From Acidobacteriota bacterium (GTDB lineage: Bacteria; Acidobacteriota; UBA6911; RPQK01; JAJDTT01), in NCBI GenBank assembly GCA_965209055.1, contig OZ242374.1:288001-352000 (forward strand): a DNA stretch of 64,000 bases, written 5' to 3'. Below the pieces are notes generated by a model. It saw only the letters and a program-made list of their open reading frames with translations. It was not told where the DNA came from and searched no databases. The position numbers were made by a program, and so were the translations under genes. Below are positions 29,999 through 39,292 of the stretch, one piece after another. The stretch's first letter is position 1. Every line of letters starts with the position of its first letter.

Positions 29999-31351
29999 AT
30001 GAAGAGATTTTCACCTTGGACGATGGTACTGCTCCTGCTCGTAGCGGAGGCCGTTGCCGGTCAGAGGCCGTCCGGTTGGAGAGCGGGGGTGGCCAGTGTG
30101 CCAATCACGCCCAAGGAACCCATCTGGCTGGCGGGCTACGGATCCCGGGAACGGCCTTCGGGGGAGGTCCTGCAGGACATCCACGCCAAGGCCCTGGCCC
30201 TGGAGGATGAGACCGGTGCAGTCACCGTCCTGGTGACCATCGACCTGCTGGGATTCAGCCGCCTTCTCTCGGACCAGGTCGCGGAGCGGGCCTGGCAGGA
30301 GTTCGGGCTGAGCCGGGACCGCCTCGGCCTCAACTTCTCCCACACCCACAGCGGACCCGTCACCGGGGAGGTCCTGCGCCCGGCCTACCCGTTGGAAGAG
30401 GAGCACCTCCAGGTTATCCGCAGTTACACCCGTCGCGTCCTGGACGAAATCGTGAAGGTGATCGGCCAGTCCGTGGAAAGGCTCTCGCCGGCCCGGCTCT
30501 CCTTCGGTCAGGGGTCGGCCGGATTCGCCGTCAATCGCCGCCGGGTGCGGACCGGGAAACGCCATCTGCCCGGCCCGGTGGACCACGATGTCCCGGTCCT
30601 GGCCGTGCGTGGCGCCGACGGCGGGTTGCGGGCCGTGGTCTTCGGATACGCCTGCCACGCCACGGTCCTGTCCGGCCACCAGATCAACGGAGACTGGCCC
30701 GGGTTCGCCCAGGAATCGGTCCAGGAGAAGCATCCCGGCGCCACCGCCCTGTTCGTCACCGGTTGCGGAGCCGACGCCAACCCCTTGCCCCGCCGGTCGG
30801 TGGAGATGGCCCGGCATTACGGCCAGATCCTGGCCTACGCCGTGGACCTGGTGCTGGGCACAGAGATGGCGCCGGTCCGGGGACCGCTCAGGAGCGCCTT
30901 CGAGCGGGTGGCGATCCCCTTCAGCAAGCCCCCTTCCCGCCGTGAGCTGGAAGCCCGGGTCGGACGGGATACGGGAATGGCCAGGCGCCACGCCCAGTTC
31001 CTCCTGGGCAGAATCGAGCGGGAGGGGAGACTGCCCGACAGCTATCCGTACCCGATTCAGGTCTGGCAGTTCGGGAAAGACCTCACCCTGATCCATCTGG
31101 CGGGCGAGGTGGTGGTCGACTATTCCCTGCGGCTCAAGGCGGCCCACGGATGGGACAGGGTCTGGGTGGCCGGCTACTCCAACGAGGTCTTCGCCTACAT
31201 CCCGTCCCTGAGGGTACTCAAGGAGGGCGGCTATGAAGGCGCGGGCGCCATGCTTCCGTATGGGCAATCGGGTCCCTTCGGGGCGCCGGTGGAAGAGATC
31301 ATCGTGGAAAAGGTGGACGAACTCGTGAACCGCGGAGCGGCGGCTTTCTAG
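29999..31351 (+). CDS. Neutral/alkaline non-lysosomal ceramidase N-terminal-domain protein
   Basis: Signal peptide; IWLAGYG, SHTHSGP, YACHAT, GCGADANP, GEVVVDY. Confidence 0.82.
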   Translation: MKRFSPWTMVLLLLVAEAVAGQRPSGWRAGVASVPITPKEPIWLAGYGSRERPSGEVLQDIHAKALALEDETGAVTVLVTIDLLGFSRLLSDQVAERAWQEFGLSRDRLGLNFSHTHSGPVTGEVLRPAYPLEEEHLQVIRSYTRRVLDEIVKVIGQSVERLSPARLSFGQGSAGFAVNRRRVRTGKRHLPGPVDHDVPVLAVRGADGGLRAVVFGYACHATVLSGHQINGDWPGFAQESVQEKHPGATALFVTGCGADANPLPRRSVEMARHYGQILAYAVDLVLGTEMAPVRGPLRSAFERVAIPFSKPPSRRELEARVGRDTGMARRHAQFLLGRIEREGRLPDSYPYPIQVWQFGKDLTLIHLAGEVVVDYSLRLKAAHGWDRVWVAGYSNEVFAYIPSLRVLKEGGYEGAGAMLPYGQSGPFGAPVEEIIVEKVDELVNRGAAAF

Positions 31352-31360
31352 CCGCCGAAC

Positions 31361-31441
31361 AGGAACGGCGATTTCCAATCGCCGAACTCCCGGCGCAGCC
31401 ATGGCGCAGCATAGAATGGGCGATCTGAAATCCCTCTCTCC
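31361..31441. repeat. REP-like inverted doublet (GGAG family)
   Basis: AGGAACGGCGATTTCCAATCGCCGAACTCC and an inverted mate GGGCGATCTGAAATCCCTCTCTCC. Confidence 0.6.
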
Positions 31442-31482
31442 AGGTCGCCCCTCCATACCAGGGCGGTAGAATCGGATCATCC

Positions 31483-33993
31483 GTGAAGCCGAGCTCAATT
31501 CTCTTTCGCAGCAACCGTTGCATCATCCTGTTTGCCGTGGCCGCTTTAGGCGCCTGCCGCCCGGGGTCCGAGACCGGTCCGTCCCCAGGACCGCCGGACC
31601 TCGAAAAGCGGGAGCTCCGTCCCGGGCTGGCCGCCCGCTACGAAGACGGACGGCATCGCGTTCACTTGGTGACGCCGGCTCCCCATTTCTACCTGGAGGA
31701 AGGAGAGTCCCTGCATCCTTCTCTGGAACCCGGTTTTCAAGCCGAATGGACGGGCATCCTTTCGATTTTTCAGACGGGCCGCTATCGCTTCGAGGGCGGC
31801 GGCCAGTTGGAGGTCGGCGGCAAGGAGATCGGAGGCGAAGCCGTCACCCTGGCGCCGGGACGGCATCGCATTCGACTCAGGTTTCGCCGTTTGCCGGGGC
31901 CGGCCCAACTCCGGCTGCTCTGGGAATCGGAGCATTTTCCGCTGGAGCCGGTCCCGTCCCGGGTCCTGTTCCACGAATCGGAAAGCGCGCCCGGTTGGGA
32001 CCAGGGCCGGGTCGAACGGGGCCGGGACCTGGTGGAGAACCTGGGATGCGTCAATTGCCACGCAAGCGGGTCCGAATCCCTGGATCACCGCCGCGGACCC
32101 GGCCTGCACGCCGCCGCTCGCCTGGACCCTGCGTGGCTCCGCCGTTGGCTGCTTGATCCCGCAGCGGTCCGGCCCGAAGCGACCATGCCGGCGCTGCTGG
32201 ACGAGGCGGAAGCCAGGGACGTCACGGCCTACCTCGCTTCGCGGCCGGTCACCGGCCCGCCGGACCGGGTCCCGGACCGGCCGGCCGTGGACACCGCCCG
32301 GGGACGCGGCCTCTACGCCTCATTGGGGTGCGCCGCATGCCACACGCCGGAGAGTCATGCCCTGGACGGCATCGGGTCCAAGATGTCCGCCGCCGGTTTG
32401 GCCGCCTACCTGAAGGACCCCTCCCGCCACCATCCCGAAAGCCTCATGCCTTCACTGCATCTGGATGACACGGAGGCGTCTCGTATTGCCGCCTACCTGA
32501 CCGATCCGGTACCGGATTCTCCGGAAGAGCCGCTGACGGGCGGCGACGCGGGTCGTGGAGAGGAGCTGATCCGGTCCCGGGGATGTCTCTCCTGTCACCG
32601 GATGGAAGACCGGGAACAACCCGCCGCTCCGGATCGCGGGCCGGCCGTGACCCATCTCTCCCTCGATGGAGGATGTCTGGCGGAAAACCCTGGTCCCACC
32701 CTTCCCCGGTACCGGCTGGATGGAGAACAGCGGCAGGCGATTCGAGAATTCATTCGCGTTCAACAACGATTCCCCGATGTCAGTCCCGCGCCGGTCTACG
32801 ACTTCTACCGGCGGATCCGCCGGCTTCGCTGCACCGCCTGTCACGTCATGGACCACTTCGAAGGCGGGCAGCTGGCCGGGGCGCCGGTCTTGACTGGAGC
32901 GGGAGAAAAGCTGCGGCTCGAATTCCTGAAGGAGGCGCTCCTGGGCAGGGTCGGCCTGCGGAGTTGGATTCCCCTGCGCATGCCCCGGTTTTCCCGAGAC
33001 CAGGTGGAGCCGCTGATCCACGGGTTCGCCAAGGCTTCGGGCCTCGACCCATCGGCTCCCGCCGTGGAGTCGGTGGTGTCCCAGCAGGATACGAACAAGG
33101 GCCTGACGCTGTTGGGGAAGGACACGGAGGGGAAGAGCCTGGGCTGCATCGGCTGTCATGACTGGGCGGACTACCGGGCGCAGGGGGAGCGGGCGCCCCA
33201 GTTGGCCCGGGCCGCGGATCGCCTCCGCTATCCGTGGTACCGGCGTTTCATGTTGAATCCGGCCCGGATCCTTTCCGGGACGTCAATGCCGGAGCACTTC
33301 ACGGACATCGCGCCGGAGGAGAGGGACGTGAGCATCCGGAGGATCTGGGGAGCCCTCGGCGTCGGCTCGGGCGGCCGGTTCCTCCCCGGTCTGGATCCGG
33401 CGCCCGATCCCTGGACCGCCGAAGCCCGCCCGGATCCTTCCCAAGGGGCCCTCATGGTCCGGACCGTCATGCCGGAGGCGACTCCGGCGGCCATCGCCGT
33501 GGGCCTGCCCGGCGGCCTCTCCTACTGCTTCGACGCCGGCGCGCAACGTCTTCTGTATGCCTGGAGGGGGGCGTTCCTCGACCTCGAGGCCACCCTGCAG
33601 CGGAAGACCGGTGACGATGGGTTCACTCTGACCCCCCGGATCCCGGGGACGCGCTTTTTCCGGTCGACCCGTTTCCCGTTCCGGCTGGCGGATTCCGGAC
33701 GCATTCCTGAAACGCGTTTCAAGGGCTACCGCCTGCGGGACGGCGTCCCGGAATTCCAATACTCGGTGGGCGGAGCGGAGGTCTTCGAACTCATTCGCCC
33801 CAGCGAAACGAATGACGGGTTCCGCTGGCGGTTCCGGATCGAACGGGTCCAGGTTCCGCTTCGTTTCGACGCGGGCCTCGAAGGTCCGGTTCGAATCTCG
33901 GCGAGCCGGGGTGCCGTGGAGAAGGGCAACGTTCGGATTCGCATCGACGGGGACGCCCGATTCGAAATCCTGGTCGGGAGCCAAAGGAAATGA
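31483..33993 (+). CDS. Multiheme (5 x CxxCH) c-type cytochrome lipoprotein with PA14-like N-terminal domain
   Basis: Lipobox LGAC; FQAEWTG...GRYRF; heme motifs CVNCH, CAACH, CLSCH, CTACH, CIGCH. Confidence 0.8.
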   Translation: MKPSSILFRSNRCIILFAVAALGACRPGSETGPSPGPPDLEKRELRPGLAARYEDGRHRVHLVTPAPHFYLEEGESLHPSLEPGFQAEWTGILSIFQTGRYRFEGGGQLEVGGKEIGGEAVTLAPGRHRIRLRFRRLPGPAQLRLLWESEHFPLEPVPSRVLFHESESAPGWDQGRVERGRDLVENLGCVNCHASGSESLDHRRGPGLHAAARLDPAWLRRWLLDPAAVRPEATMPALLDEAEARDVTAYLASRPVTGPPDRVPDRPAVDTARGRGLYASLGCAACHTPESHALDGIGSKMSAAGLAAYLKDPSRHHPESLMPSLHLDDTEASRIAAYLTDPVPDSPEEPLTGGDAGRGEELIRSRGCLSCHRMEDREQPAAPDRGPAVTHLSLDGGCLAENPGPTLPRYRLDGEQRQAIREFIRVQQRFPDVSPAPVYDFYRRIRRLRCTACHVMDHFEGGQLAGAPVLTGAGEKLRLEFLKEALLGRVGLRSWIPLRMPRFSRDQVEPLIHGFAKASGLDPSAPAVESVVSQQDTNKGLTLLGKDTEGKSLGCIGCHDWADYRAQGERAPQLARAADRLRYPWYRRFMLNPARILSGTSMPEHFTDIAPEERDVSIRRIWGALGVGSGGRFLPGLDPAPDPWTAEARPDPSQGALMVRTVMPEATPAAIAVGLPGGLSYCFDAGAQRLLYAWRGAFLDLEATLQRKTGDDGFTLTPRIPGTRFFRSTRFPFRLADSGRIPETRFKGYRLRDGVPEFQYSVGGAEVFELIRPSETNDGFRWRFRIERVQVPLRFDAGLEGPVRISASRGAVEKGNVRIRIDGDARFEILVGSQRK

Positions 33994-35516
33994 GAGAGAC
34001 CGGCGCCCTGCTCCTGCTCTGGCTGGCGGCGGCGTGGATCGTTCCATGCTCCGCCTTGGCGCAGGTTCCCCGGGAGAGCTACCGGATCGAGACCGTAGAG
34101 ACCCCGCCGGGAGTGGCGCCGGAGGTGGGCGGGATCGATTTCGACCGGCGCGGCCGGCTGGTGGCCTGCTTTCGCCGCGGGGGCCTCTTCCGGCGGGATC
34201 CGGACTCGGGCCGCTGGAGCCGGTTCGCCACCGGACTCCAGGTCCCCCTGGGAATCGTCGCGGGGAAGCCGGGGGAATACTTCGTGGCCCAGCAGTCCGA
34301 GTTGACGCGGATCGTCGACACCGATGGCGATGGCCGGGCCGATCACTACCAGACCCTCAGCGATGAATGGGGGATTTCGGGCAACTACCACGAGTATGCC
34401 TACGGGCTGGTCCGGGACGGCGAAGGGAACTTCTACGTGGGGTTGGGACTGGCCTCGGGTTCGAGCCGGCACAAGTTCTCGGGCCGGGGGCCGGCGACGA
34501 CCAGGAGCCTGGTCGCCGAGAACCCCAAGCCTGGAACGGTGCGGCGGTTGCGCCACAATTCACCCGTTTCCTACCGGGGCTGGGTGATCAAGATCACCCC
34601 CGGAGGAAAATTCGTGCCCTTCGCCTCCGGTTTCCGGCAGCCCAACGGCCTGGGGTTCAACCGGGAGGGGGCGCTGTTCGCCACCGACAATCAGGGGGGC
34701 TGGATCGGGACGTCTCCCCTTCATCATGTCACGCCCGGATCGTTCTATGGACACCCCTCCTCGCTGAATTGGCATCCGGACTTCCAGGGCATCAATCCTG
34801 TGGACATCGAGGTGGAGAACTTGGCGCGCCGGCGCAAGCCGCCGGCCGTCCAGATTCCTCAGAACGACATGGCCGGTTCCCTGGGACAGCCCTTGGAGGA
34901 CCGCACCGGAGGCCGGTTCGGTCCGTATGCGGGCCAGGTGTTCATCGCCGACTGGACCTATCCCCGGATTCACCGGGTCTTTCTGGAAAAAGTGGAAGGG
35001 ACCTGGCAGGGGGCCTGCTTCCCGTTCATCGAGGGGCGCGGGTTGCGCAAGGGAAACATGCGCCTGGCCTTCTCTCCGAAGGGAGATCTCTACGTGGCGC
35101 AGACCTCACGGATCTGGGGAATCGGAGAGGGATTGCAGCGGATGGCCTGGACGGGAAAGATCCCCCTGGACATTCAGGAGATGCGCCTGACCGAATCGGG
35201 GTTCGACCTCGTATTCACCAAGCCGGTGGACCCGGACACCGCGGCGCTCGCCGACGACTACTCCCTGTTCCACTACTACTACCGTTACCACGGGGAGTAC
35301 GGGTCTCCCAAGACGGATGTGACGCCGGTCCGGATCGAGAAAGTGTCCCTATCCGACGCTGGACGCCGGGTTTCGCTCCACCTTTCGGATCCGTTGTTGA
35401 CGGGACGGGTCTACGAACTGCGTCCGGGGCAGGGAATTCGTTCCCAAGACGGCGAACCCCTGGTGACCAAGCTGGCCGCCTATACGGTGAACCGGCTCCG
35501 TGTGGGTGCCGAGTGA
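33990..35516 (+). CDS. Secreted beta-propeller protein (sorbosone-dehydrogenase-like / 'large multifunctional secreted protein' type)
   Basis: ELTRIVDTDGDGRAD, NYHEYAYG, SGFRQPNG, TDNQGGW. Overlaps the cytochrome stop (ATGA). Confidence 0.75.
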   Translation: MRETGALLLLWLAAAWIVPCSALAQVPRESYRIETVETPPGVAPEVGGIDFDRRGRLVACFRRGGLFRRDPDSGRWSRFATGLQVPLGIVAGKPGEYFVAQQSELTRIVDTDGDGRADHYQTLSDEWGISGNYHEYAYGLVRDGEGNFYVGLGLASGSSRHKFSGRGPATTRSLVAENPKPGTVRRLRHNSPVSYRGWVIKITPGGKFVPFASGFRQPNGLGFNREGALFATDNQGGWIGTSPLHHVTPGSFYGHPSSLNWHPDFQGINPVDIEVENLARRRKPPAVQIPQNDMAGSLGQPLEDRTGGRFGPYAGQVFIADWTYPRIHRVFLEKVEGTWQGACFPFIEGRGLRKGNMRLAFSPKGDLYVAQTSRIWGIGEGLQRMAWTGKIPLDIQEMRLTESGFDLVFTKPVDPDTAALADDYSLFHYYYRYHGEYGSPKTDVTPVRIEKVSLSDAGRRVSLHLSDPLLTGRVYELRPGQGIRSQDGEPLVTKLAAYTVNRLRVGAE

Positions 35517-35540
35517 GGCAGAGCTTCCCATTTGTTCTGC

Positions 35541-35563
35541 TTCGGAATATCCGATATTCTGAA
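35541..35563. promoter_or_regulatory. Operator-like palindrome upstream of the AbrB/PIN TA pair
   Basis: TTCGGAATATC-C-GATATTCTGAA (one mismatch). Confidence 0.55.
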
Positions 35564-35608
35564 TATACGTAAAGTCAACGTCTGCAGGTTCGGAAAGGGA
35601 GGGTTGGA

Positions 35609-35860
35609 ATGCAGGAAACGTTGGTCGTGTCCAGTCGTGGCCAGATCACTCTGCCGGCTGTATTGCGGAAGCGCTTTGGAATCAAACGTGGTGATGTCCT
35701 GATCCTGGAAGATCGTGGCAATGAAATCGTACTCAAACCTGGTGTGGTGCTCGAGGTCGAGTATTTCAGCGACGAACAAATCGCCGAGTGGGACGCCGCG
35801 GACGTGCTTTCAGACGAGGAGCGGGCCCGCATCCTCGATAAATTCAGCGGATCGGAATGA
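35609..35860 (+). CDS. AbrB/MazE/SpoVT-family antitoxin
   Basis: VSSRGQITLPAVLRKRFGIKRGD. Confidence 0.9.
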   Translation: MQETLVVSSRGQITLPAVLRKRFGIKRGDVLILEDRGNEIVLKPGVVLEVEYFSDEQIAEWDAADVLSDEERARILDKFSGSE

Positions 35861-36261
35861 GGCTATTTCTTGACGCCAATGTTCTGTTTACTGCGGCACA
35901 CAATCCTCGGGGGAAAGCCGCACTGGTGATAGAGCTCTCCAGGCAAGGGCATTGGGAGATCTCTTCCAGTGCATACGCAATAGAGGAGGCCCGGCGAAAT
36001 CTGGAACGGAAACTTCCCGAGTTCGTGCGGAACCTGGACGCGTTCTCGGATGTTCTGCAAATTGCTCCTCATGCGGTCGGACTTGAGTTTCCCCATTGGC
36101 TCCCAACGAAGGACCAACCCATTTTTCTGGCAGCCGTCACGTGTCGGGCCACCCACCTGCTGACCGGGGACCTAAAGGACTTTGGTGCGTTCATGAACCA
36201 ACCGGAAAAAACCTCCGGTATTCGAATCCAAACGGTGGCCAGTTTCCTCGATCGTCTTTGA
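35857..36261 (+). CDS. PIN-domain toxin
   Basis: LFLDANVLF, EEA, KDQPIFLAA, LLTGDLKDF; ATGA overlap with the antitoxin. Confidence 0.88.
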   Translation: MRLFLDANVLFTAAHNPRGKAALVIELSRQGHWEISSSAYAIEEARRNLERKLPEFVRNLDAFSDVLQIAPHAVGLEFPHWLPTKDQPIFLAAVTCRATHLLTGDLKDFGAFMNQPEKTSGIRIQTVASFLDRL

Positions 36262-36353
36262 ATCCAGCCGGGCTGAGCGATTCGCCTAATGCCTTGATCG
36301 ATCGACAGACGCGAGATGCCGGACGAGCCTCGGTGGCCTGCCTTCGGTGCCGG

Positions 36354-36932
36354 CTATTGGGTCTCGCCCGCCCGGCCGGTCACGGAGGCAGTCGAGGGCT
36401 CGGACCAGGATCGGACGTATTCCCTCTGTTCCCGGGTTTCCGGCGATCTGGGGTGATAGTCGTTTTTTTCCATTCCCCGCCACCACTCGGCGATCCGCCT
36501 CAGGGCTTCGCCGCCCGTCCTCCCGTGCCGGACCAGCCAGCAGCCCACCGTGGTCCCGGTTCGTCCCACGCCGCCCCAGCAGTGAACGTAAACCGTCTTG
36601 CCATCGCCGAGAGCGGCGTCGACGGCGTCGAGGATCTTGACCATCCGCTGCGGGGAAGAGGGGACGTTCAGGTCGACGATGGGATGCCGCTCCCATCCGA
36701 TTTCGAGGCCGCGTCGACGGGCCTCCCCGGCGATGATTCCGGAGTACGGCTCCAGCTCACCCTGCTCCGTCAGGTCGATGAAGTGGTCGATTCCCGCATC
36801 CAGCAGCTTGCGGACTTTTTCGGCCGCCCAGGCCCGGTCCCAATGGCCAGGGTACTCTCCCGCCGCGAAACGGCCTGGCCGAATCCAGTAGCTGTTCTCC
36901 ATGGGACGGTCTTGGCCGTCGTCGATGGACAT
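36354..36932 (-). CDS. Dual-specificity / tyrosine phosphatase family protein
   Basis: VYVHCWGGVGRTG (HCX5R); SPETREQ. Confidence 0.9.
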   Translation of the reverse strand: MSIDDGQDRPMENSYWIRPGRFAAGEYPGHWDRAWAAEKVRKLLDAGIDHFIDLTEQGELEPYSGIIAGEARRRGLEIGWERHPIVDLNVPSSPQRMVKILDAVDAALGDGKTVYVHCWGGVGRTGTTVGCWLVRHGRTGGEALRRIAEWWRGMEKNDYHPRSPETREQREYVRSWSEPSTASVTGRAGETQ

Positions 36933-36957
36933 TCCCGATGACCTCCTCTGCCGCCGG

Positions 36958-37515
36958 TCAGGGCCAGAGCCAGCCGAAGGTTCCGGCCGTCAGGAGGGAG
37001 TAGATCGCGCCGTCGAACATGGTTCGCAGCGTGGCGCCCCAGCCCCGGTGCCACCAGATGGCGCTCTGCAGGATCGCCAGCGAGTAGCCGGCAAATGCGA
37101 CCACGCTGACCATCTTGAAGACGGCCATGTAGTCGGCGCCGGGTCCGATGTGCAGTCCGGCGGCATAGCCGGCGAAGACTCCGACGAGCACGCAGTAGGC
37201 GAACCACAGGGCGAGGCTCTTGCCCATGTTCACGGGCCGGTTGGAAAGCACCGTCACCAGGGCAACCGGTCCCCTGTTGGTCTTCTCGACGAATTCCGGC
37301 GAGTTCATTTCCTTGGGGTCCGCGGCGTGCGGAATGCAGTAGTCGCCCGGCGGGATCTTGAACGGCCGGAGGGCATCCATCACCGCGGCCTCGTCGGGAA
37401 CCGGTCCCACGTCCGACCTGTGATACCGAAGCACCATGTGAATGATGGAGCTGACGATGAAGACCAGCACCGCCGAAAGCAGCACCGGCAGCCAGAGGGA
37501 AACGACCGAAACCAT
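36958..37515 (-). CDS. Conserved integral membrane protein (about 4 TM segments)
   Basis: MVSVVSLWLPVLLSAVLVFIVSSIIHM...GTFGWLWP; GAGGAGG Shine-Dalgarno before the ATG at 37515. Confidence 0.75.
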   Translation of the reverse strand: MVSVVSLWLPVLLSAVLVFIVSSIIHMVLRYHRSDVGPVPDEAAVMDALRPFKIPPGDYCIPHAADPKEMNSPEFVEKTNRGPVALVTVLSNRPVNMGKSLALWFAYCVLVGVFAGYAAGLHIGPGADYMAVFKMVSVVAFAGYSLAILQSAIWWHRGWGATLRTMFDGAIYSLLTAGTFGWLWP

Positions 37516-37562
37516 ATCGACCTCCTCTCGGTCCGGATTTGTCCTGATCGGCCGACGACCGA

Positions 37563-39200
37563 TCAGTAGAGAACGCTCACCAGTATGTCCTTCAAGCGCG
37601 GCGCCGGGCCGGCCGGGACAAGAATGCGGAAGTGATTGTATCCCGTCTGCAATTGGGTGGGCGAGATGGAATAGCGGAGTTCGTCCTGGACCCTCTCCGC
37701 AGCTTCCAACCGATGACCATTCACTGATATCCGAACTGGCGTCTCCGGGTCCAGGCTTTCCAGTTGCACGCGTGCCTGCACGTTGGGACGGTTGCCGATG
37801 ACCGCGTGGTTCAGCGACCGGTCGGCCAGGTACATGGGGACGGTGTAGGTCATGCCCGGCTCCAGCAACAGTGGGGAAAGTGGAGAAACAGGCTTCTGCG
37901 CCTTGTATTGTTCGAAGTCGTGGATGTACCGCTTGAAGGATTCCCGTCCCACCGGGTCCAGGCTGTAGAGCTTGTCCAGCCTCTCCAGGCCATTCGGGTC
38001 TCCGAGTTCGCGGTATTTCCGGTCGTGGTCCTCGTCGGGAAAGAGATTGAAGAGGTAGATCCCGTCCGCCCCCTGTTTCCAGGCCGTCAGGGCCTGCGCC
38101 CGGAAGGACTCCAGTGATTCGCGTTCTTCTCCCATCATGGACCTGCGGATACATGGGTAGACGGGAACGCCGTAACGGTGAGCGAGCCGGATGGTCTCCT
38201 CCCAGGGCGCCAGAGCCACCTCGCCGATGATCACCAGATCGACCAGGTCTTCACGGAGCCAGGTCACCAGGTCCAGACCCATGTCGTGGTTCAGTTCGGG
38301 CGAGTCCATGACCCGGACTGCGATCAGCAGGGGCCGTCCCCGCTCCCGGGCCCGGGCGTCGGCCATCCGGCGGACGCGACGCATCAGCCGGGTCATGGAA
38401 TCCGTTTCTGTCTGCGTGACCGGTTCTCCCCAGGCGTAGGTCTTGAAATAGGGAGGATGGCGCCAAAAATCGAGTTCCAGGCCGTCCAGGTCGTAGTTGG
38501 AGGCCATCTCCTCCAACACCTGGAAGGTCATGTTCCGGATCGGCTTCCAACTGAAATCGGCGCCGGACCAGTAGCCGTAGGGCGGCGGCTTCCGGGAGGA
38601 ACCGAAAAGAGTGCGAGAGTGTTTCCGCTTGAACTTGGAACCCAGGACCGAGAACCGGTCGCTGCTGTCGTGCACGTCGTTCATGCGCAGGGTGGCGAAG
38701 ATCTCGACTCCCTCTTTCCTGCAGTATTCCGTCACGATCTCCAACGGGTCCGTCCCCTGTTCGGCGAATTCACCGACCGGGTTCCGAAATCCCTCTCTCG
38801 GGAGATCCCGAACCAGGAGCTCGGCGACTTCGCTGCGATGGGTGTAGGCGCCGATGCTCTGGGTGGTGCAGTAGAAGATGGAATCGACCTGGGTTCCCAT
38901 GACGGGGATGGTGCGCCGCTCCAGTAGATTTTGCGGCGTGGCCGGCAGGTCCGAGGGAAAGAAGAGAGCATCGTCTCCGTCGTTGTTGAAGATGAGGCGC
39001 CGCTTGCGCCACCGGGCCCTGTGCCTGAGATCGTCGATCTCCCCGGTGCCGGAAACCGTGTCTTTTTCGGCAGGTTTTTCCATTCCCGGCGACGAAGCCG
39101 CCGGAGAGCAACCCAGGATCGGAACCAGCAGCAGAGCCGCCGCGGCGATGCGGGGCCCAATATGAAGCAATCTCATGAGAACCGGGGTGAATTCTCTCAT
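37563..39200 (-). CDS. TIM-barrel glycoside-hydrolase-like lipoprotein (GHL10-like)
   Basis: Lipobox ILGC; RLIFNNDG, LRMNDVH, YDLDGLELDF, GADGIYLFN. The start is uncertain. Confidence 0.7.
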   Translation of the reverse strand: MREFTPVLMRLLHIGPRIAAAALLLVPILGCSPAASSPGMEKPAEKDTVSGTGEIDDLRHRARWRKRRLIFNNDGDDALFFPSDLPATPQNLLERRTIPVMGTQVDSIFYCTTQSIGAYTHRSEVAELLVRDLPREGFRNPVGEFAEQGTDPLEIVTEYCRKEGVEIFATLRMNDVHDSSDRFSVLGSKFKRKHSRTLFGSSRKPPPYGYWSGADFSWKPIRNMTFQVLEEMASNYDLDGLELDFWRHPPYFKTYAWGEPVTQTETDSMTRLMRRVRRMADARARERGRPLLIAVRVMDSPELNHDMGLDLVTWLREDLVDLVIIGEVALAPWEETIRLAHRYGVPVYPCIRRSMMGEERESLESFRAQALTAWKQGADGIYLFNLFPDEDHDRKYRELGDPNGLERLDKLYSLDPVGRESFKRYIHDFEQYKAQKPVSPLSPLLLEPGMTYTVPMYLADRSLNHAVIGNRPNVQARVQLESLDPETPVRISVNGHRLEAAERVQDELRYSISPTQLQTGYNHFRILVPAGPAPRLKDILVSVLY

Positions 39201-39292
39201 TTTTGTGCGCCCCGGGACTACGGAATGAGTTTTGCGGCCGCAGTCGGTAGTAAACTGGGCGTGAAGACCACGGTACCCGGAGTCTGTTTGCA

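Noticed and set aside
36958-38154. 398-aa ORF overlapping the GHL10-like gene
   Set aside because: Only the last 185 aa (ATG at 37515, with GAGGAGG) look like a real membrane protein; the upstream part is an alternative frame.
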